Shown here: in pieces, positions 30,585-37,994 of the stretch | How positions within the stretch are numbered: position 1 is the stretch's first letter | How the letters are laid out: every line of letters begins with the position of its first letter | Virus record (IMG/VR): IMGVR_UViG_3300025767_000032 | Span: 1 to 50,523 of that record | From: a virus | Taxonomy: Duplodnaviria > Caudoviricetes | Strand: one strand, 5' to 3' | Length of the DNA: 50,523 nt | Made by a program: the position numbers and the translations under genes | Notes under the pieces: generated by a model | What the model was told of the DNA's origin: nothing | The model's input: only the letters and a program-made list of their open reading frames with translations | Database searches by the model: none

Positions 30585-31210
30585 TGCAATTGAATATAAT
30601 CTGCAAAAGAACTAAGATCATCAAATACGATGGTCTTTTTTCTTATGTCGCGGTAGGTAAATTTTTTTAATTCTAGCTCAGTTTCTAATCCGTGCCCGGT
30701 TCGAACTAAAATAGGTGTTGCACCTATTTTATAAGCAGCCTTTAAATCACTCATCTTATCGCCAACATAATACCCTTTGTTAAATTTAATATGAGGATTT
30801 TCTTTTTCACATCGTTTAAACATTCCGAGATTAGGTTTAGCAAACATGTCGCTTTTACGACTACTTACACTATAATATATAGCATCTATACTAGAACACC
30901 CTGCTTTGCCTAATAAATCTAGCATATGCATGTGAATTTTATCTACATCATCACTAGTCATGAGGCCTTTTTCTATACCTCCTTGATTAGTAATGATAGC
31001 AATTTTAAATCCCAGTCTTCTTAAAGATGCAATAGCTTCTAAACTATTAGGCAATGGTTCAAAGTCGTCAATTGAAGTGACGTATGTACCTAAATCTTTA
31101 TTAATAACACCGTCTCTATCAAGTCCAATTACAACTCTATTGCTAAAATTTTTAATTAATTTAGGAACATCACTTGACCATCTAATAGTTGGATTACTTG
31201 ACTGCGTCAT
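30581..31210 (-). CDS. gmhB: D-glycero-D-manno-heptose 1,7-bisphosphate phosphatase (HAD IIIA)
   Basis: LDRDGVIN, IITNQGGI, KPNLGM, VGDKMSDL, LVRTGHG; operon context. Confidence 0.85.
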   Translation of the reverse strand: MTQSSNPTIRWSSDVPKLIKNFSNRVVIGLDRDGVINKDLGTYVTSIDDFEPLPNSLEAIASLRRLGFKIAIITNQGGIEKGLMTSDDVDKIHMHMLDLLGKAGCSSIDAIYYSVSSRKSDMFAKPNLGMFKRCEKENPHIKFNKGYYVGDKMSDLKAAYKIGATPILVRTGHGLETELELKKFTYRDIRKKTIVFDDLSSFADYIQLH

Positions 31211-31586
31211 TTTGACTATCTCCGGGTAAGATGCGATAATTATCTTCTACGCTGTCTGGAGTTGATACTTCAGTAATACTCGAATTCTCCTGCAAGCATA
31301 TTAATTGATGCGGCTGCAATGGCGGATTGTGCCATACATCGCCTTCCTTTAAAGTTTTTTCATAAGGAGTTGCGGTTGCGGTATCTATCCAGAGAACTTT
31401 AAACTGTCCACTATTTACAAACCATGTTTCGTCTTTTTCTCGATGGAAATGCATACTAAACTTTGCACCTACTTTTTCAAATACCATAATTTTGCCACAG
31501 TATTTGTCGTTAGTTGCCCAGATTAATTCATACCCCCAGCCTTTAGGTACGACTCCGTTTAAGCGTGTTGTTTTATTATTTTCCAT
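31194..31586 (-). CDS. Cupin, mannose-6-phosphate isomerase type II C-terminal-like
   Basis: VPKGWGYE, SMHFHREKDETW, PPLQPHQL, EVST cupin metal-binding motifs. Confidence 0.75.
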   Translation of the reverse strand: MENNKTTRLNGVVPKGWGYELIWATNDKYCGKIMVFEKVGAKFSMHFHREKDETWFVNSGQFKVLWIDTATATPYEKTLKEGDVWHNPPLQPHQLICLQENSSITEVSTPDSVEDNYRILPGDSQNDAVK

Positions 31587-32394
31587 TGATGTAATCCTCT
31601 ATATTAATCCATTGCATATCTACTACACTATTTAAATTTGTTAAGTTTGCACAAGTATATTCTTGATATTGACCTTTTAAATTTTCAGGCATAGGAATTA
31701 AATTAATCTTGGCATTGTGCTTGTTTGCTATATGTTCTGCTACAGTTGCAAAACTAACAGACCTTCCAGTGCCTGCGTTAAATATACCTGATTGATCTAC
31801 GTCAAACATTTTTTCGTGTAATACACATAAATCTTCAACACAAACAAAGTCTCGTCTATAGTTTTCACTATTTTCAAACAAGTTGATAAATCCATTTTCT
31901 TTTGCTTGACGTGTAAATTTAGAATACGGACTTGCTTGATCGCCTTTGTGTTCTTCACCTTGGCCATATACATTAAAGTAACGAAATCCTTGTATTTTGA
32001 TTTGAAATTCGTCAACGTATTGATTGATAAATCTGTCAAACAAATACTTGCTCCAAGCATACGGACTTTCTGGTAATAAAGGTTTATCTTCTGTAAAATG
32101 TGTAGTTTGACCATATACACTAGCACTAGATGCATATTGGAAGTTAGTACCAAAATTTTCACACACTTGCGCAAGGCGCACACTAAACTCAAAATTTTGT
32201 TCTAGTATTTGATTTACGTCTGTATATGTAGTTGAGCTAATAGCACCTAAGTGTATACACCAATCGTACCCTTCTGTGTGCGGAAGAATACCTGGTTGCC
32301 ATTCCCATCCTTCTACATCATGGCCTTTACTTTGCAAATAGCTTGCAACATTTTTACCAATAAATCCTTCATGTCCTGTAACTAGTATTCTCAT
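31576..32394 (-). CDS. hldD: ADP-L-glycero-D-manno-heptose 6-epimerase-like extended SDR
   Basis: ILVTGHEGFIG, HLGAISST, YASSASVYG, YAWSK, FRYFNVYG.GEEHKG, RDFVCVED, YQEYTCA. Confidence 0.85.
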   Translation of the reverse strand: MRILVTGHEGFIGKNVASYLQSKGHDVEGWEWQPGILPHTEGYDWCIHLGAISSTTYTDVNQILEQNFEFSVRLAQVCENFGTNFQYASSASVYGQTTHFTEDKPLLPESPYAWSKYLFDRFINQYVDEFQIKIQGFRYFNVYGQGEEHKGDQASPYSKFTRQAKENGFINLFENSENYRRDFVCVEDLCVLHEKMFDVDQSGIFNAGTGRSVSFATVAEHIANKHNAKINLIPMPENLKGQYQEYTCANLTNLNSVVDMQWINIEDYINGK

Positions 32395-33530
32395 CTGCTT
32401 TTCTCTATAATTCTTGTAGTGCTGTAACCTTCTACAGTAGGTACAATATGCACAGGTGCTAGGTCGTGTCCTACAGTAGTTTCTACAGTATAGTCTCCGC
32501 CCTTAACAATTAGAGCAGGATTTAATCTTTTAATTAAGTCATACGGTGTGTCGTCGTTGAATACAAACACTTCGTCTACCCACGGTAATGCTTCAAGCTG
32601 TTCTATTCTTGTTAGCTCGTTGTTTATTGGACGACTTTCGCCTTTAAGACGTTTGACACTTGCATCACTGTTAATGCCTACCACAAGTTTAGTGCCTAAA
32701 CTACGGGCTTCTTTTAGCAGTTCAAAATGACCTTTGTGTAGTATGTCAAACACACCGTTTGTAAACACAACAGTTTCTTCAAAATCTTTTCTGCTTAATA
32801 TATATGTGCCTACGTGCTTAACTGATTCGGTTGCAGCATCGGTGGCCATTTCTAAACAAGTTGCGTAGTCTTTACCGATTGTAAGACCGTAAACAAATGC
32901 TGCTAAGAAACAGTCACCTGCACCGGTAACATCTGATACTTCGACTTGATCTACAATTATTGTATATTTTCTATTGTCAATAGTAGCATTTACTGCGCCT
33001 TCGGCGTTAGTTGTGATAATGTTGCTAACCCATTGATCAAAGCCTAAATTATAATATTCTTTGTTGTTAGGCTTAATCAGCCAAGCACCTTTATAACAAC
33101 TTGCGTGACGTTTTGGATCTACAATAATTTTGCAACCGAAGCTACTAATGTGATCTATAATTTCTAAAGATCGTCCAAGTGCGCCTTTGTTATAATCGCT
33201 AAGAATAACATATTCGTATTCTGAAAAGTCTTTATCTTTTAGTAGTTTTAAAACTTCGTCGCTATCTGCAAAAGCATCGTTATCGATACGTGTAATATAA
33301 TGTCCGTCGCACATTACTCGAGTTTTTACAGATTTATTTGGAGTTACGTCGAACATATCAACGTCAACTCCTAGGCTTTTTAAGTTTTCGTAAACTAACC
33401 CGGCGCCGCCTATTGTTTCTTTTTCGCTAAGATATTGAACTACAGGCACAGGAGCCTCAGGACTCAACCGTGTGCTTGTGCCGTAGATATATTTGTCTAT
33501 AATAACATCGCCGATTACTAAAACTTTCAT
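32391..33530 (-). CDS. hldE: Bifunctional heptose 7-phosphate kinase / heptose 1-phosphate adenylyltransferase (compact)
   Basis: RLSPEAPVPV, LSDYNKG, VDPK, DVTGAGD (PfkB kinase); FTNGVFDILHKGH, NSDASVKRLKGESRPIN, VKGGDY, STTRII (adenylyltransferase). Confidence 0.92.
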   Translation of the reverse strand: MKVLVIGDVIIDKYIYGTSTRLSPEAPVPVVQYLSEKETIGGAGLVYENLKSLGVDVDMFDVTPNKSVKTRVMCDGHYITRIDNDAFADSDEVLKLLKDKDFSEYEYVILSDYNKGALGRSLEIIDHISSFGCKIIVDPKRHASCYKGAWLIKPNNKEYYNLGFDQWVSNIITTNAEGAVNATIDNRKYTIIVDQVEVSDVTGAGDCFLAAFVYGLTIGKDYATCLEMATDAATESVKHVGTYILSRKDFEETVVFTNGVFDILHKGHFELLKEARSLGTKLVVGINSDASVKRLKGESRPINNELTRIEQLEALPWVDEVFVFNDDTPYDLIKRLNPALIVKGGDYTVETTVGHDLAPVHIVPTVEGYSTTRIIEKSR

Positions 33531-33536
33531 AATACT

Positions 33537-33565
33537 ATTATACTTTCATTTGTATTATTTGTCAA
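33537..33565 (-). promoter_or_regulatory. Perfect sigma70-type promoter TTGACA-N17-TATAAT driving the heptose operon
   Basis: Minus strand TTGACA aataatacaaatgaaag TATAAT agtatt ATG. Confidence 0.85.
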
Positions 33566-33995
33566 GGAGATTTATAGTTTTAAATACTGTTTCTAGCTTG
33601 GTTAAATTAACCTTGCTTTGTAATGTATTACGTAATCCGTGATGCAAGGGTTTTGGCCATTTAGTAAATGAACACCATGCATAACCGTCATGTTCATTAT
33701 TGAGTTTAGGAATAAATTCTTCATCAACTACACAGAGATATGTGTGAAAATAAAATCTACTATCTAGCGAGACAAAACTCTCTAGTGGAAGTGTCTTTTT
33801 AATTGTAGGAATCTGTCCAATTTCTTCTTGGATTTCTCGTTTAAGACCTTCCCATGGGGTTTCGGCACCTTCATTTGTGCCGCCAACAAGTCCCCATAGA
33901 TTGGCTCGTTTGCCTTGGGCCCTATGAAGGAATAAAAATCTATTCGTATCTAATGTATAAAACAGCGCACCGCTACATGTAATTTGATTGTTCAT
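33555..33995 (-). CDS. Nudix hydrolase
   Basis: Nudix box GTNEGAETPWEGLKREIQEEIG (GX5EX7REUXEEXG); EHDGYAW. Confidence 0.9.
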   Translation of the reverse strand: MNNQITCSGALFYTLDTNRFLFLHRAQGKRANLWGLVGGTNEGAETPWEGLKREIQEEIGQIPTIKKTLPLESFVSLDSRFYFHTYLCVVDEEFIPKLNNEHDGYAWCSFTKWPKPLHHGLRNTLQSKVNLTKLETVFKTINLLDK

Positions 33996-34003
33996 ACATA
34001 TAA

Positions 34004-35416
34004 TTAGCCTGCTAGTTCAACTCTCCATGTTCCAACTGGATAATCACCGTCAATGCTTAACAACCATTCGTTATTCTTAAATCTGTATTGTACACTTGTA
34101 TTTAAATTGGTAGTATAAGTAATGTCAGTTATAGTACTTGCATCAAATACAATATTCCATTTAGATCCGTTCCATTCGATGATATCATTTGCACTAGCGA
34201 TTAGTGCAGTAGTATCTGTATTTTGCCAAGCAACAGGCGATTGTGTAGCGTTTATATCGCCTACGTCTTCTAACAGCAATATTCTTAAGCCGGCAGTCTT
34301 AATAGCACTAGGATTAAAACTAGTTGGATCAATAATATAATCGATACTAGTACGTCCTGCTATTACTGTATCGCTAGGAAAACTATCAGTATCCCAGTTA
34401 ACTAATATTTTAGTTTCATCAAACGGACTTAGAGTAAAGGTACCTGTTACTGTGTTTGAATTATCGACACTAGTAAAGAAGATGCGACTTACGTCAGCAG
34501 CATATTGTCCCGGAAGTGCTTCAAATATCTCTCTCCAATTTTTATTACCAACAATTCCATTTGAATATAGTTGAACTGTGTCACTATTTACAAAAGTACC
34601 GTATTTGTTATAATTGACATTAGCCATTTCTGCTGATGTTTCGGATGCTGCTTTACGCCCAAATTCATTTTGAATTATGCCGGCTCTAGCAATGTCATCA
34701 TATGCATTTAATATAGGCGCACTTACTCCGTCTTCAATATTACCTAGGCTTTCGTCAAACATGCTTGTAATAATATTAGTAATAACGCCCATCTTGCGTA
34801 CTTTTGTAGGCGGACTAATATAGATAGGAACACTAAATGTAAGTGTTGCGATGTCGATTTCACTATCGACACCAACCGGAACACTTCTATTAGACCATTG
34901 TACGTTTTCTAAATTAACAACAGTGATACTAGTCCAGTCGATAAAGTTGTCTGTTGTTTGCATTTCTAAACTTGGATTAAACAATACTAATATCTGTTCT
35001 AATAGTTGAAGCTTTTGGTCTGTATTTGATGTCCATATATCTGCATTAACACGCATCATATAAGGAGTTGGTATTAATCGTTCAACTGTATAATTTTTAC
35101 CTTGTGTGTTTAGATATTCACCGGTATTTTCATCATATTCGCGCTCTCTAATATTGGTCTTGCGTGTATAAGTCGAATCAGTTAGTCTATCTTTGTCTAA
35201 TTCTAATCCAGTTAAGTAAACAGCAATCCGAGGCGCACTAGGTAGTTTATTCTCACTATTCTCTCTAATAATGTTTGCTACCTGGCGTGTTAGATCACCA
35301 TAAGTAACAGGCACTTCTTTCTGTACACCTTTGCCGTCTTGAACAGGAAAGTTTGCTAAAATGCGCATCATTTGTGTAAGGTATCTTCTTACTTGTCCGT
35401 CGTAAAAATGTTGCAT
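34004..35416 (-). CDS. gp15: Tail terminator / sheath stabiliser, T4 gp15-like, with C-terminal extension
   Basis: HFYDGQVRRY, VPVTYG, PTPYMM, QLLEQILVLFNP motifs; follows the gp14-like gene. Confidence 0.75.
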   Translation of the reverse strand: MQHFYDGQVRRYLTQMMRILANFPVQDGKGVQKEVPVTYGDLTRQVANIIRENSENKLPSAPRIAVYLTGLELDKDRLTDSTYTRKTNIREREYDENTGEYLNTQGKNYTVERLIPTPYMMRVNADIWTSNTDQKLQLLEQILVLFNPSLEMQTTDNFIDWTSITVVNLENVQWSNRSVPVGVDSEIDIATLTFSVPIYISPPTKVRKMGVITNIITSMFDESLGNIEDGVSAPILNAYDDIARAGIIQNEFGRKAASETSAEMANVNYNKYGTFVNSDTVQLYSNGIVGNKNWREIFEALPGQYAADVSRIFFTSVDNSNTVTGTFTLSPFDETKILVNWDTDSFPSDTVIAGRTSIDYIIDPTSFNPSAIKTAGLRILLLEDVGDINATQSPVAWQNTDTTALIASANDIIEWNGSKWNIVFDASTITDITYTTNLNTSVQYRFKNNEWLLSIDGDYPVGTWRVELAG

Positions 35417-36576
35417 TAATTATCCGCCTTTGGACGTAGTGCTTTTGACAAGCTCTGTCTTTCTTCAACTGTTTCGCCGCTAATTTGACTAGTGTTGGTG
35501 TTATTAATAAACGATGATTTTTGCGTTTGTCTTTCAAGTGTATTACTTAGAGTCATTCTAATATCGTCATTTACTTTCACCCATCTACTCCCGTCATATC
35601 TAAACATTCTATTTGGTAGAAAATCTGTACGTAAAAAATAATCACCATTTACATTGTTTCTTGGAAATGCAATACCAAATCCAAATGGGGCCCCATTTGG
35701 TGCAACATCGCCTGTACCAACTAAGTAACCTGTATAACCTTCACGTTCTGGACGACTAGCAATTTCGTCAGCAGTAATTGTAATATTACTTGCTTCTAGA
35801 TCAGTATCATCTGCTGTCTGTAGTGCAATACTGCCATCATCATTTGTACTTACTGTATAATAATGACTAATGTCATATCCACTCTTAGGTGCATCAGCTT
35901 CTGCTTGTGCAACTACTGCATTTGATATTTGCATTTCTTTTTCGTAGGTACTTAAGATATCACGCAGTGTAGTATCTGAACCTTCTGCTGCCGATAGGTC
36001 AAGTATCTCTGCGTATTCTTGGCCATCATATATTTGTTTTAGTTTTAAACGATATAAATGCGGATACCAAGTTTGACTAAATCCTTCTGCTGCACGATTT
36101 ACATCTTCTACAACATAAAAACGCTTTAGTGCAAAGCTATAATCGTTTAGAGCATATTCATCTTTTAAATGCGGTAGTTCAATTACATCACCTGACATAA
36201 TTTTTCTACCTAATGTTTTAACTGAACTGTTGATATGAATAGTTAACATTAGTGTGTCATTACTTAAAAATAGTCCAAATGCACTTAGGTCAAAGTCGAT
36301 GTCTTGAACATTATAGATACCACGCATACTATAAATGTCTGGATCGTATTTTCTGTCTCTATTCTCTAAAAACAATAAGTCCTGTATATTAGTTTCTTTA
36401 ACGGCATTATAAGTAGGTTGATCAGCCGTACCTTCACCTTCTGCAGGATTTTCAGCACCTAAATATTTGTGTATGTTAATATCAGTGCCGCCAACAGTGA
36501 ACATTTCTTGAATTTGCTTGTCCAAGAAATAATAATCATTGCCGCGTTCTGGTTTGTATAAGCTAAGACGAGGGAT
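35416..36576 (-). CDS. gp14: Neck/head-closure protein, T4 gp14-like; start probably at non-canonical ATC 36576
   Basis: EMFTVGGTD, DLLFLENRDRKY, LSAFGLFL, GDVIELP; RBS AGGAG 7 nt upstream of ATC-CCT-CGT; adjacent to gp13- and gp15-like genes. Confidence 0.65.
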   Translation of the reverse strand: MPRLSLYKPERGNDYYFLDKQIQEMFTVGGTDINIHKYLGAENPAEGEGTADQPTYNAVKETNIQDLLFLENRDRKYDPDIYSMRGIYNVQDIDFDLSAFGLFLSNDTLMLTIHINSSVKTLGRKIMSGDVIELPHLKDEYALNDYSFALKRFYVVEDVNRAAEGFSQTWYPHLYRLKLKQIYDGQEYAEILDLSAAEGSDTTLRDILSTYEKEMQISNAVVAQAEADAPKSGYDISHYYTVSTNDDGSIALQTADDTDLEASNITITADEIASRPEREGYTGYLVGTGDVAPNGAPFGFGIAFPRNNVNGDYFLRTDFLPNRMFRYDGSRWVKVNDDIRMTLSNTLERQTQKSSFINNTNTSQISGETVEERQSLSKALRPKADN

Positions 36577-36600
36577 AATCGTTCTCCTATTTGTTATACA

Positions 36601-36627
36601 TATTTATCGTTGCTGTAACGATAAATA
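36601..36627. promoter_or_regulatory. Back-to-back late promoters forming an 11-bp inverted repeat
   Basis: TATTTATCGTT-GCTGT-AACGATAAATA gives ATAAATA on both strands, each followed by a GGAGAAC RBS. Confidence 0.8.
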
Positions 36628-36645
36628 CTATTGGAGAACTTTATA

Positions 36646-37632
36646 ATGACATTAGCAACACAAAAACAAGAAGTATTTGATTATGTACACGCATTTCTTG
36701 GCGGCGGCATGGTAGATGTTGAACTTGATCCGATACATTACGAAACTGCACTAAAAAAAGCACTAACACGTTATAGACAACGCAGTGACGGAAGTGTCGA
36801 AGAAAGTTATTTGTTTTTAACTACAGTAGTAGATCAGAACGAATATGTATTACCTAATGAAGTTATAGAAGTTCGTCAAATATTCCGTAGAAGTGTTGGC
36901 TCGAGACCTGGTACATCTGCAGGAGCATCTGGACCTATTTTTACAACAACTGCAACTGCAACTGTTTTGCAAACTCAAACATTTGATGCAAACTATAATC
37001 TTTCAACAGTTGATACTATTGTTGTATCAGTTAACGGAACAGACACAAGTGCATTTTCGCCAGATTATGGTTCAAGAACTATTACATTCAATTCTCCATT
37101 AAATGTCGGCGATGTAGTAAGTATTAAACTATATGCTAGCGGCGCCAGCGGTGGTGGCAGTTTGTTTGACCCGTTTAGTTTAGCATATACAAATGCATAT
37201 TTGCTTTCAAGCAGTAAAATGGGCGGTCTAGCAACATACGACATGTTTTCGCAATATCAAGAATTAGTAGGCAGAATGTTTGGATCATTTATTGAATTCA
37301 AATGGAGCACTACTAGTAAAAAACTTACTCTATTACAGCGTCCTAGAGCAGAAGAAACGTTAATGTTATATTGTTATAACTATCGTCCAGATAGTGAATT
37401 ATTAAATGACTACTTAGCAGTGCAGTGGCTTAAAGATTACACTTTAGCAAGTTGTAAATATATGCTAGGTGAAGCACGTAGTAAATTTGCTACTATTGCA
37501 GGTCCGCAGGGTGGATCAACACTTAATGGTGATAGCTTAAAAGCCGAAGCGCAAGCCGAGATGGAAAAACTTGAAACAGAAGTTAGCACAAGCATCTCGG
37601 GCGGGAACGGCTACGGTTTCTTAATAGGCTAA
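36646..37632 (+). CDS. gp13: Neck protein, T4 gp13-like, with an internal inserted domain
   Basis: Start moved to ATG 36646 after GGAG; LGGGMVDVEL, WLKDYTLA, LGEARSKF..IAGPQGG.TLNG motifs. Confidence 0.8.
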   Translation: MTLATQKQEVFDYVHAFLGGGMVDVELDPIHYETALKKALTRYRQRSDGSVEESYLFLTTVVDQNEYVLPNEVIEVRQIFRRSVGSRPGTSAGASGPIFTTTATATVLQTQTFDANYNLSTVDTIVVSVNGTDTSAFSPDYGSRTITFNSPLNVGDVVSIKLYASGASGGGSLFDPFSLAYTNAYLLSSSKMGGLATYDMFSQYQELVGRMFGSFIEFKWSTTSKKLTLLQRPRAEETLMLYCYNYRPDSELLNDYLAVQWLKDYTLASCKYMLGEARSKFATIAGPQGGSTLNGDSLKAEAQAEMEKLETEVSTSISGGNGYGFLIG

Positions 37633-37662
37633 AAACACCCGAAGTTTACGCTAACAAATTAC

Positions 37663-37690
37663 CCTTGCTGTAAATACATATGCAACAAGG
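37663..37690 (+). promoter_or_regulatory. Hairpin overlapping RBS with late promoter GTAAATA (37670-37676) at its apex
   Basis: CCTTGCTGTA pairs with TGCAACAAGG (one mismatch, one G-U); AAGG is the start of the SD AAGGAG. Confidence 0.55.
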
Positions 37691-37698
37691 AGAAGTCA

Positions 37699-37917
37699 AT
37701 GTGTTCATCATTTGTACGTAAAGAAGCCAATAGATTTAACTGGATAGTCAAAGGCAAACTCATTGATAGATCTTGGAGCGATGCAGATGTTGAAAAAACA
37801 TATAATTCATATATCAAACGACTCTGGGGCAATCATGAAAATTATGTCCACGAAGTGGGATTTGAAGCAGCATACAAAACTCGCGAAGCTGAAATATTAA
37901 ATGAAGAAAGATCTTAG
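37699..37917 (+). CDS. Hypothetical protein (72 aa)
   Basis: Late promoter and AAGGAG RBS upstream. Confidence 0.65.
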   Translation: MCSSFVRKEANRFNWIVKGKLIDRSWSDADVEKTYNSYIKRLWGNHENYVHEVGFEAAYKTREAEILNEERS

Positions 37918-37943
37918 TAGCAGTATTAGGCTACAATTAATGG

Positions 37944-37972
37944 TTGACTTTGCTTAATTAATAGTTTATACT
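37944..37972 (+). promoter_or_regulatory. Sigma70-type early promoter TTGACT-N17-TATACT
   Basis: Near-consensus hexamers with a 17-nt spacer, 22 nt before ATG 37995. Confidence 0.75.
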
Positions 37973-37994
37973 ATATAAAAATTAGGAAAGTCAA

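Noticed and set aside
30581-33530. Heptose genes as host contamination or a prophage boundary
   Set aside because: Same composition and codon style as the flanks, overlaps with the neighbouring phage gene, compact proteins, and its promoter is embedded in the phage Nudix gene.
33555-33995. Nudix hydrolase as a member of the heptose operon
   Set aside because: The heptose promoter lies at its 3' end, so it is not on that transcript; it follows gp15 with its own late-like motif. A role in ADP-sugar turnover remains possible but unsupported.
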